Origin: a virus | Taxonomy: Duplodnaviria > Heunggongvirae > Uroviricota > Caudoviricetes | Virus record (IMG/VR): IMGVR_UViG_3300029288_003766 | Coordinates: 1 to 25,786 of that record | DNA: 25,786 bases | Direction: 5' to 3' (one strand) | In this document: positions 1 through 7,322 of the stretch, piece after piece | Position numbering within the stretch: the stretch's first letter is position 1 | Layout: each line of letters starts with the position of its first letter | Made by a program: the position numbers and the translations under genes | Notes under the pieces: model-generated | Database searches by the model: none | Told to the model about the DNA's origin: nothing | Seen by the model: the letters and a program-made list of their open reading frames with translations, nothing else

Positions 1-243
1 ATTGTAGAAATTTCTTTAGGAAATATTTTTATTCACCCTATAACTAAAAAAATAAAACTAGTAGATATAGAACCTTCAATACCTATACCTAAAAATATAA
101 AAGAAATGTGTGAGTTATGGAAAACTGATGAATATTTAACTCACCAATTATCTTTTTCTTATTTTTTGTTAACGAATTTTATTAAAGATTTTTTATCAAA
201 TACTTTTGATAGTGAGGAGGAATTATGGAGCACCAAAAGTTAG
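1..243 (+). CDS. 3' end of an upstream protein, possibly kinase-like (partial)
   Basis: Frame 1 is open from base 1 to TAG at 241-243; EISLGNIFIHP...IKLVDIE loosely resembles kinase catalytic and metal-binding loops. Confidence 0.35.
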   Translation: MVEISLGNIFIHPITKKIKLVDIEPSIPIPKNIKEMCELWKTDEYLTHQLSFSYFLLTNFIKDFLSNTFDSEEELWSTKS

Positions 244-1151
244 AATACCCCCAATTAGTATTGTTAGGTACTAATACTATTTGTAATTATAAATGTATTT
301 TTTGTAATAATCCAAAAATGGAAAAAAATGATCTTACTTTAATAGATTTTTTAACTCCTGATATTGAAAAACTTATAGAAAAATCTCAAACAGTGGATAT
401 TTCTGGTTATGGTGAAATTGTTTTAAGCCCCCACTTTAAAATAATGGTGGAGTTGCTAAATAAGTATAAAAGAAAATTTTCTATGTCTAGTAATGGGTTT
501 GCTTTAATTCCAGAAATACTAGATTACTTAAATAATAGTTCTTTATACTATATAACAGTTTCTTTAAATTCATTAAACCATAGTACTTATAAAAAACTTA
601 TGGGAGTTGATGGTTTAGATAGAGTTTTAGCTAATTTAGATTATTTATGCAATAAAATAAAAAGAAATTTTCATTTGAACATTTCAATGGTATTGAATGA
701 GTTGGTTATAGATGAAGTAGAGGATTTTGTTAGATATGTTTACCAAAATAAAGCAAACTCTTTACGTTTAACTCCTCTAACAAACAGTATAAAAGATTAT
801 CCTACTGAAATTGGGATAGTTGATCATCAAAAATATATATCTCTTCTATCTAAATCCAAAAAATTAGCTCAAGAATTGGGGGTGCAAATATCAATTCCCA
901 ACCTTAATTCTAATAGAAGCGATATTGAAGATAAAATTAGAAAATGTACTATTCCTTGGAAAGTAGTAGGAGTAGACGCTAATATGAATGTAACCCCTTG
1001 TTGTAATCTTGGTAGAATGTATATGGGCAATTTAAGGGGGGGTAAAGAAAAATTTGAAGATATTTGGAATGGAGAAAAATATTGGGAATTAAGAAATTCT
1101 ATAACTGACGGTAGTATTAAATATTGTAAACATTGCGTAGAGTTTGGATAA
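225..1151 (+). CDS. Radical SAM protein with C-terminal SPASM/twitch domain
   Basis: CNYKCIFC (CxxxCxxC), SGYGE, SSNG; C-terminal CTIPW...VTPCC...CKHC; GAGGAGG RBS. Confidence 0.9.
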   Translation: MEHQKLEYPQLVLLGTNTICNYKCIFCNNPKMEKNDLTLIDFLTPDIEKLIEKSQTVDISGYGEIVLSPHFKIMVELLNKYKRKFSMSSNGFALIPEILDYLNNSSLYYITVSLNSLNHSTYKKLMGVDGLDRVLANLDYLCNKIKRNFHLNISMVLNELVIDEVEDFVRYVYQNKANSLRLTPLTNSIKDYPTEIGIVDHQKYISLLSKSKKLAQELGVQISIPNLNSNRSDIEDKIRKCTIPWKVVGVDANMNVTPCCNLGRMYMGNLRGGKEKFEDIWNGEKYWELRNSITDGSIKYCKHCVEFG

Positions 1152-1815
1152 CTATAAAAAATTTAAAATGAATGATGAAGAGTTGTTACTTTTTAACAAG
1201 GGTGAGAGGCTAATACCTGGGGTATCTCATAATAACGAAGAATATATCAGGCATAGAAGTTCATACGATTTTTTTATAAAGATAATCAAAGAGGATAGTA
1301 AAAATTTGGACATTTCTATACTAGATTTAGGCTGTGGTGTAGGTTGGGGGTGCAAATTGTTGGCTGAATCATTGCCTAACGCACGAGTTACTGGATTAGA
1401 TAACTCGAGTGATGCTCTTTGTTACGCTAAAAGAAGATATGGGCACTTTCGAGTAGACTATGGATTTTCAGATATGGCTAACAAAGACAATCTTTTAATT
1501 TTAAATACATTTTCACACGATTACATAGTATGTCGAGGAGTTTTGGAACATATTGATAATGGGTTGGAGTTAATAAAATATGTTTCATACGATAGAATAC
1601 TAATTTTTGATGTTCCTTATAATGAATCCCCCGGGAACCTACACCATAAGTTGTATAATATTACAGAAGCTATGTTTAAAGATTGGAAAAACATCGAATT
1701 TTATTATGAGGCTTTCAACGATGGGTCTGTATCTAAAATAAAACAGCCAGATGTTAATATGTTAATGTGTGTTTGCAGAACAGGAGTGCCCCTAAAAAGT
1801 ATAAAATGTCCCTAA
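1144..1815 (+). CDS. Class I SAM-dependent methyltransferase
   Basis: ILDLGCGVGWG motif I, VTGLDNS, DYIVCRGVLEHI. Confidence 0.85.
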   Translation: MDNYKKFKMNDEELLLFNKGERLIPGVSHNNEEYIRHRSSYDFFIKIIKEDSKNLDISILDLGCGVGWGCKLLAESLPNARVTGLDNSSDALCYAKRRYGHFRVDYGFSDMANKDNLLILNTFSHDYIVCRGVLEHIDNGLELIKYVSYDRILIFDVPYNESPGNLHHKLYNITEAMFKDWKNIEFYYEAFNDGSVSKIKQPDVNMLMCVCRTGVPLKSIKCP

Positions 1816-1851
1816 AAATGTCTCCAAAAGGTAACCGTAAAAATCCTATCA

Positions 1852-2937
1852 ATGAAAATTGTTAGTATATTAGGAACTCGCCCAGAAATAATTCGGCTTA
1901 GTAGAATTATCCCCAAATTAGACCAGTTCTGTGAGCATATTGTTGTCCACACCGGGCAAAATCAACAGGCCTGCCTAAGTGATATTTTCTTTTCAGAATT
2001 GGAAATTAGGCAACCTAATTACTTTTTAGATTCTGCTGGGACGGTAGGGGAACAAATAGCAGTGATGTTTCCTAAGATAGAGAAAATATTTGAGGATGAG
2101 AAACCAGATAAAGTATTAATCCTCGGAGACACTAATTCAGCTCTATGTTCATTTATTGCAGAACGGAAGCAGATACCTGTTTATCATTTGGAGGCAGGTA
2201 ATAGATGCTTTGACAAGAGGGTTCCAGAAGAGATAAACAGAAGGATAATTGATTCTATTTCCTCCTTTAACCTACCTTATACATATCTAAGTAAAGAAAA
2301 CTTATTGAGAGAGGGTGTAAGCAAAAACAAGATATTTGTAGTAGGCAACCCTATCAATGAGGTGATTAAATACTATAGGAAGGATATTGATAAGAGTAAC
2401 ATTTTACAAAGGTTAAAAATAAAACCAAGGAATTACTTTCTTTCTACTTTCCACAGATCTGAGAATGTTGATGATGTTATGACACTTAAACAGATAGTTG
2501 GTGGATTGTCGTTGGTAGGCCAAACATATCAGCTACCTGTAATATGTGGCATTCACCCACGGACACTAGATAAAATAAAGAAATGGACAGTACATGCTGA
2601 TGACCCTAATGTTAGGTTCTGTGATCCTGTTGGTTTCTTTGATTTCAATATGCTGATCAAGAATGCTTTATGTGTTATTAGTGATAGTGGAACAGTTGCT
2701 GAAGAAACTTGTATTTTGCGTATACCTAATGTTATTATAAGGCAGTCTACTGAACGGCCAGAGACTATTGAATGCGGAAGTAGTATATTAGCTGGGGTAA
2801 ACTGCTCCAATATATCAAAATGTGTGAAAATTATGGTTGGTAAGGATAGTAATTGGAAGATTCCAGATGAATATTTATATGAGAATGTATCTGATAGGGT
2901 TACTCGGATACTGCTAGGAGAATTTAAAAATGTTTAA
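1852..2937 (+). CDS. wecB: UDP-N-acetylglucosamine 2-epimerase, non-hydrolysing (WecB/FnlC/CapG family)
   Basis: GTRPEIIRL, HTGQ, LGDTNS, HLEAGNR, PEEINR, SDSGTVAEE, RQSTERPE motifs. Confidence 0.92.
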   Translation: MKIVSILGTRPEIIRLSRIIPKLDQFCEHIVVHTGQNQQACLSDIFFSELEIRQPNYFLDSAGTVGEQIAVMFPKIEKIFEDEKPDKVLILGDTNSALCSFIAERKQIPVYHLEAGNRCFDKRVPEEINRRIIDSISSFNLPYTYLSKENLLREGVSKNKIFVVGNPINEVIKYYRKDIDKSNILQRLKIKPRNYFLSTFHRSENVDDVMTLKQIVGGLSLVGQTYQLPVICGIHPRTLDKIKKWTVHADDPNVRFCDPVGFFDFNMLIKNALCVISDSGTVAEETCILRIPNVIIRQSTERPETIECGSSILAGVNCSNISKCVKIMVGKDSNWKIPDEYLYENVSDRVTRILLGEFKNV

Positions 2938-3886
2938 AGGCCAAACAGGATTAATTTTAGGAGCCACAGGATCTTGGGGAAGGGAATTAACAAAACAGTT
3001 ACTAGAAAAGAAAGTTAAGGAGATTAGAGCCTATTCCCGTAACGAATTTTTACAGGTTAAAATGCAGCGAGAGTTTAATGACCATAGAATAAAGTTTATT
3101 TTAGGAGATGTGCGAGACTATGAGTCACTAAATAACGCTAGCAAGGGTGTTAATTTTATTATGGTATTGGCTGCTCTTAAACATGTTCCTTTAGGAGAAG
3201 AATTTTGTGAGGAGTTTTTAAAGACGAATGTTAATGGTGTTTTAAATGCTATTAAAGCAGCTGTTCAAAACAAAGTAAGCAAGGTTGTTTATTGTTCTAC
3301 CGATAAGGCGGCAAACCCAATTAATTTATATGGTTTAACTAAAGCTATAGGTGAAAAATTAATTGTAAACGCTAATAATTACCCAACTAAATTTATGTGT
3401 ATAAGAGGTGGGAATGTTTTAGGAACTAACGGATCAGTTGTTCCCTTGTTCATAGACCAGATTAAAAAGTCAAACAAAATTACAATAACAGATAGGGAGA
3501 TGACTAGGTATTTTCTAACTATTGGTGAAGCTATAAAACTTGTAATTCTAGCTTATGAGTCAAACATTTCAGGTGGGATAATTGTTATGCGTATGCCAAG
3601 CTGCAGAATTATTGATTTGGCTGAGGTCCTAATTGATTATTACGGAAATAAAGACACTAAGATAGAAGAGACAGGTATTAGGCCGGGAGAAAAGTTGCAT
3701 GAGACATTGGTTACTTCGTATGAGTCTCCGCATACATATGAATATAGCGGTAATTATTATGTAATTTGCCGCAAAGATTTAGATTTTAAGAAAGTTAATT
3801 TTAAAGAGTACACATCAAACTCGCAAAATTTAATGAGCAAAGAGGAGATAAAGAATATGTTAAAAGAAGGTGGATTTCTATTATGA
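2930..3886 (+). CDS. UDP-GlcNAc 4,6-dehydratase/epimerase (FnlA/CapE/PseB-like SDR)
   Basis: GATGSWG, GDVRD, AALKHVP, STDKAANPINLYGLTKA, RGGNVLGTNGSVVPLF, GIRPGEKLHE. Confidence 0.9.
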   Translation: MFKGQTGLILGATGSWGRELTKQLLEKKVKEIRAYSRNEFLQVKMQREFNDHRIKFILGDVRDYESLNNASKGVNFIMVLAALKHVPLGEEFCEEFLKTNVNGVLNAIKAAVQNKVSKVVYCSTDKAANPINLYGLTKAIGEKLIVNANNYPTKFMCIRGGNVLGTNGSVVPLFIDQIKKSNKITITDREMTRYFLTIGEAIKLVILAYESNISGGIIVMRMPSCRIIDLAEVLIDYYGNKDTKIEETGIRPGEKLHETLVTSYESPHTYEYSGNYYVICRKDLDFKKVNFKEYTSNSQNLMSKEEIKNMLKEGGFLL

Positions 3887-4686
3887 AAAAAATAACTGTT
3901 TTGGGTTCTGCGGGGATGGCAGGTCATGTAGTTTATGACTATTTGACATCATTAAATAAGTACGAAGTTGGAGGTATATCTAGGAAGGAATTTGATATAG
4001 AGGAGGATCTGTTAGGTCTAGTTGAGTTTTTGGAGAACAACAAGCCGGACATTGTAATTAACTGTATGGGGCTGCTGATCAAGGCATCTCAGAATAACCC
4101 TACTAAGGCAATTTTTATCAATAGTTTGTTTCCACATATATTATCGGACTTACCTAGCAGGATTATTCACCTCAGCACTGATTGTGTGTTTGATGGTAAA
4201 GAAGGAAACTACTCTGAAACTTCTTTACCAACAGATACTGGTTGGTATGGCCGATCAAAGGCGTTGGGTGAGATAAGAAATAACAAGGATTTGACTTTAC
4301 GAACATCAATTATTGGACCAGAGTTAAAGGAGAATGGGACAGGGTTGTTTGATTGGTTTATGCACCAGACAGGAGAGATACAAGGTTTTTCTAATGTTAT
4401 GTGGAACGGGATTACTACATTAGAACTAGCAAAACAATTAGATCATATAGTAGATACTAATCTTTCTGGTTTATACCATTTGGTTACTGATGTACCAATA
4501 TCCAAATATGGTCTATTGCTATTAATTCAAAGTGTGTGGAATAAAACAGATGTCAAAGTTAATCAAGAATCTAACACCTATCAAAATAAGGTTCTAATCA
4601 ATAATAGGCTGGGTGATTATAATCCAAACATTCCAAATTACCCTACTCAGTTAGAAGAACTAAAACGTTGGATGGATAAAAAATAA
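3883..4686 (+). CDS. RmlD-like NAD(P)-dependent 4-keto-6-deoxysugar reductase
   Basis: GSAGMAG, HLSTDCVFDG, YGRSKALGE, LRTSIIGPE; no C-terminal cupin domain of CapF/FnlB. Confidence 0.88.
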   Translation: MKKITVLGSAGMAGHVVYDYLTSLNKYEVGGISRKEFDIEEDLLGLVEFLENNKPDIVINCMGLLIKASQNNPTKAIFINSLFPHILSDLPSRIIHLSTDCVFDGKEGNYSETSLPTDTGWYGRSKALGEIRNNKDLTLRTSIIGPELKENGTGLFDWFMHQTGEIQGFSNVMWNGITTLELAKQLDHIVDTNLSGLYHLVTDVPISKYGLLLLIQSVWNKTDVKVNQESNTYQNKVLINNRLGDYNPNIPNYPTQLEELKRWMDKK

Positions 4687-4698
4687 TTAAAATAGTTC

Positions 4699-4726
4699 TT
4701 GACAACAATTGTTGTTTGTGTATAAT
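4699..4726 (+). promoter_or_regulatory. Sigma70-type promoter with a palindromic spacer
   Basis: TTGACA(4699-4704)-N16-TATAAT(4721-4726); perfect palindrome ACAACAATTGTTGT at 4702-4715. Confidence 0.8.
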
Positions 4727-4743
4727 AAAGACTCAAAGTGAAA

Positions 4744-4968
4744 GTACGGGGCGGTAGTGCAAACTATTAGGATCGGGCAAGCACAATACGTATAAAGGGA
4801 TAGTAAGAAGAGATAATTAGAATGAATTCGGATACGCCGATAAATTCTAAGCTGGACTGCTGAAGTATTCTGGACAAAAGTGGCGAAATACCATGCCCGG
4901 GAAAGGTAGGCAAATCCCAGTATTGAATCTGAACTCACATTCGTTCTAAGTTGTGCCCGCCCCGTACT
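4744..4968 (+). ncRNA. Unassigned structured ncRNA (~225 nt)
   Basis: Own promoter; perfect 12-bp terminal helix AGTACGGGGCGG/CCGCCCCGTACT; internal helices GCACAA/TTGTGC and TTAGAATGAAT/ATTCGTTCTAA; TAGT-GCAA-ACTA tetraloop; no credible + strand ORF. Confidence 0.7.
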
Positions 4969-4990
4969 GAAAAAATAATTAAAATAATAC

Positions 4991-5018
4991 TTGACAAAGA
5001 AAAACTTTTGTGTATAAT
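4991..5018 (+). promoter_or_regulatory. Sigma70-type promoter of the tRNA array
   Basis: TTGACA(4991-4996)-N16-TATAAT(5013-5018). Confidence 0.8.
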
Positions 5019-5040
5019 TAGATTTATAGATGAAATTACA

Positions 5041-5225
5041 GGGCTGTGGCGTAATGAATACGCTTTGATAAAGACTACTGCTTGTCGGGGCAGACCGACT
5101 AGTCAAAATCGAGATTAATAGGAGTTCACGGAACTCAAGCCGATGTGCCTTCGGTCAGGATAGGGAACCGCACTGGCGCTTACCAAAGCCTGAAAAACGT
5201 AGTAGGTAAAAATCCTACCAGCCCA
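5041..5225 (+). ncRNA. tRNA-like RNA with a ~115-nt structured insert in place of the anticodon loop
   Basis: Acceptor GGGCTG/CAGCCC, D-arm GCGT-AATGAAT-ACGC, T-arm GTAGG-TAAAAAT-CCTAC; insert has three hairpins. Confidence 0.65.
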
Positions 5226-5324
5226 TTATAAAAATATTTGTTTAGTTTTGTTTGACAAGACTTATATATATAGATAGGAATACAAAACTAATCTTTTAAA
5301 TATTTATGGAGTAAAACGATATAA

Positions 5325-5510
5325 ATGAATAAAAAATTTACCTCTTTTACTGGAGAAACTATAGAATCTGCACTTTTGATTGATGAAGGACCCGAAACTT
5401 GGTATGATTGCCTCCACGCGCATCAAAAGACTCCTGAGGGTAAAAGAGGACTTTGGAAAAATGGTATTGATTGGCGTTATGGGATAACTCCAGATGACTA
5501 TACAAATTAA
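5325..5510 (+). CDS. Hypothetical small protein
   Basis: 61-aa ORF filling the gap between two RNA genes; weak RBS. Confidence 0.5.
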   Translation: MNKKFTSFTGETIESALLIDEGPETWYDCLHAHQKTPEGKRGLWKNGIDWRYGITPDDYTN

Positions 5511-5546
5511 AATATTGCGGTATACTTTGTAGATACAGATTAGATT

Positions 5547-5634
5547 TGCGGGATAGGGTAAGAGCAACCCGTTTGGCTCATAACCAAAAGGTCCGAAAGG
5601 ATTACTGAATGTGCGACTCATTCTCCCGCTACCA
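5547..5634 (+). tRNA. tRNA-Met(CAT), initiator-like, with a long variable arm
   Basis: TGCGGGA/TCCCGCT (1-72 mismatch), G11-C24, TTTGG-CTCATAA-CCAAA, extra hairpin GGTCC-GAAA-GGATT, A73, CCA. Confidence 0.85.
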
Positions 5635-5710
5635 ACTATGAGTAAGATGTTTATAACTAAATAAGGTATAGCATGTTAGAACAGAACCCAGTTTAACAAG
5701 AAGTAACAAA

Positions 5711-5929
5711 GGAACGAACGATGATACTAAAAAGACATGAACATAAACAGGGGAGGCAATTAAGTCGCGCGACGGCGTTTTGGTCGCTGCCCTCTTATCG
5801 CCTCATGGCCATACGTCCATTGTCCGTTCCGAGCTGTACAGTCAATAAGACCGATTCAATTAGCTGAAACAACCCGGAATAGATAAGTAAGTAGGACGGG
5901 TTGTAAGGCTAAAAAGAAGTCGGTTTTTT
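5711..5929 (+). ncRNA. Candidate structured RNA: long bulged hairpin plus a second hairpin with a U-tract
   Basis: GGAACGAACGATG(5711-5723)/CATTGTCCGTTCC(5818-5830); GACCGATTC/GAAGTCGGTT, TTAGC/GCTAA, ACAACCCG/CGGGTTGT, then TTTTTT. Confidence 0.5.
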
Positions 5930-5938
5930 GTTTATATT

Positions 5939-6012
5939 GCCCTCGTAGAATAACGGTAGTTCGCTGGGTTTTCAGCCCAGAAGAGGCCGGTCAGCACGGC
6001 TCGGGGGCACCA
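5939..6012 (+). tRNA. tRNA-Glu(TTC)
   Basis: GCCCTCG/CGGGGGC, CTGGG-TTTTCAG-CCCAG, atypical T-loop GTCAGCA, CCA. Confidence 0.85.
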
Positions 6013-6131
6013 AAGTAGTAAGTAGTTGAGATGCTCATTGACAATTATACTGAAAAGACAAGTGTGCGAAGATGGAGAAAGGTGCACAGAAAAACTCCAA
6101 GTAATAGTAAATCCAAAGTCTTGTAGTGAAT

Positions 6132-6207
6132 GGCGATATCGTCTAACCGATCAGGACGGCGGTTTCTCAAGCCGCAAATCCGAGTTTGATTCTCGGCATC
6201 GCCACCA
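6132..6207 (+). tRNA. tRNA-Glu(CTC)
   Basis: GGCGATA/CATCGCC, GCGGT-TTCTCAA-GCCGC, CCA. Confidence 0.88.
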
Positions 6208-6212
6208 AATTT

Positions 6213-6291
6213 CCCCTGTTAGCATAGGCTGACTCAATGCGCTTGATTGTCAATCAAGAGATCAGGAGTTTAAATCTCCTACGGGGGGCCA
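6213..6291 (+). tRNA. tRNA-Asp(GTC)
   Basis: CCCCTGT/ACGGGGG, CTTGA-TTGTCAA-TCAAG, G73, CCA. Confidence 0.88.
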
Positions 6292-6299
6292 AATTTTTT

Positions 6300-6581
6300 G
6301 ATCGACGAACTGGCTAAGGTTGTATTGAAAGATATAACTTAGGAAAGTCCGGGCTACACAGAGCAACGCAGTAGGGCTAATAACCCTACCCAGTCGTAAG
6401 GCTGAGGATTTAGAGGACAGTGACGATGCCCATTGAATTAGCAATTCTTAATATGGGAGTGAGACGACCAATCTCTGCGTGTAGCAAGTACGAACAGAAC
6501 CTGACCTGCTCGGTCTATAGGTTCGGGTCACGTACGCTAAGACAGATGGCCAGATAAACAGAACCCGGCTTATCGAAGATC
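6300..6581 (+). ncRNA. rnpB: RNase P RNA, compact (~282 nt)
   Basis: P4 signatures GGAAAGTCCGGGC (6342-6354) and ACAGAACCCGGCTTA (6558-6572); P1, P2 (CTGGC/GCCAG), P3, P9 (CAGTC-GTAA-GGCTG) and P12 are foldable. Confidence 0.93.
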
Positions 6582-6593
6582 AAAATTATTAAT

Positions 6594-6681
6594 GGAAACA
6601 TGGCTGAGTCTGGTTTAAAGCGGCGCCGTGCTAAGGCGTTGATCGAAAGATCCGCAAGTTCGAATCTTGCTGTTTCCGCCA
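6594..6681 (+). tRNA. tRNA-Ser(GCT)
   Basis: GGAAACA/TGTTTCC, loop GTGCTAA, long V-arm, G73, CCA. Confidence 0.92.
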
Positions 6682-6686
6682 ATTAT

Positions 6687-6777
6687 GGAAGGTCTGAGCA
6701 TAGGCGCGCTCAACTGTCTTGAAAACAGTCAACGTTCGCAAGGGCGTTTGGGAGTCCAACTCTCCCACCTTCCGCCA
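6687..6777 (+). tRNA. tRNA-Ser(TGA)
   Basis: GGAAGGT/ACCTTCC, ACTGT-CTTGAAA-ACAGT, V-arm, C8, G73, CCA. Confidence 0.9.
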
Positions 6778-6898
6778 ATACTTAATAAAGACCTGGACGA
6801 AGATAACATCGCCTGATGAGCTTGGAGCAGAAATTCTACCAATAGTCGCCAGGATATTGCAAAAGTGAAAAGCTTTGCGGTCTTTGTTATAGTATAAT

Positions 6899-6987
6899 GG
6901 AAATGTGGCTGAGAATGGATTAAAGCGCTCGCTTGGAAAGCGGGTGGGTGATGAGCCCCGTAGGTCCGAATCCTACCGTTTCCGCCA
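6899..6987 (+). tRNA. tRNA-Ser(GGA)
   Basis: GGAAATG/CGTTTCC, CTCGC-TTGGAAA-GCGGG, V-arm, G73, CCA. Confidence 0.92.
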
Positions 6988-6989
6988 AT

Positions 6990-7075
6990 GGAAGAGCTGA
7001 GAACTGCTGATCTCACCCGTCTCGAAAACGGGAGCCGGAAACGGCTTACAGGTCGAACTCCTGTCTCTTCCGCCA
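6990..7075 (+). tRNA. tRNA-Ser(CGA)
   Basis: GGAAGAG/CTCTTCC, CCCGT-CTCGAAA-ACGGG, V-arm, C8, G73, CCA. Confidence 0.9.
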
Positions 7076-7167
7076 TAGATACGGGTGATATAAGATGAGC
7101 GCATTAGACGAAAAGTAAGACGACTCATTGTTCAGTTGCTGACGAGCGTAAATCTGGCTATCATCTT

Positions 7168-7247
7168 GGGTAGCTTGTGAGAGAGAAACTTACCTGAAAT
7201 TACCTCACGGGTAATATGGGCGGTTAGTGACCGTCAGCTATCCACCA
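7168..7247 (+). ncRNA. Atypical tRNA-like RNA with an 8-bp acceptor stem, possible CAC (Val) anticodon
   Basis: GGGTAGCT/AGCTATCC, A, CCA; D-arm GTGAG/CTTAC; ATTAC-CTCACGG-GTAAT; T-arm GGCGG-TTAGTGA-CCGTC; extra CTGAA linker. Confidence 0.55.
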
Positions 7248-7248
7248 T

Positions 7249-7322
7249 AAGGCACAAGTGTTACGACAGCATATCAATCTCCAAAATTGATGGACAAGGT
7301 TTAATTCCTTGGTGCCTTGCCA
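7249..7322 (+). tRNA. tRNA-Trp(CCA)
   Basis: AAGGCAC/GTGCCTT, TCAAT-CTCCAAA-ATTGA, G73, CCA; A8. Confidence 0.88.

Noticed and set aside
5068-5183. Group I intron or SRP domain IV within the tRNA-like RNA
   Set aside because: Too short, no recognisable P7 core, no canonical loop after excision; GTCAGG is not followed by the GNRA/AGCAG SRP motif.
5252-5280. Third promoter at TTGACA 5252
   Set aside because: No acceptable -10 hexamer at 16-18 bp spacing.
4687-5621. Minus-strand ORFs 4687-5106 and 5304-5621
   Set aside because: Antisense to promoters, ncRNAs and a tRNA; no protein motifs.
6787-7167. Hammerhead ribozymes suggested by CTGATGAG/CTGACGAG plus GAAA in two spacers
   Set aside because: Stems I-III could not be built in the required register around an NUH site; kept only as structured spacers.
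7168-7247. tRNA-Sec (8-bp acceptor, TCA in the loop)
   Set aside because: No long variable arm, A73 rather than G73, and TCA is not centred in a 7-nt loop after U33.
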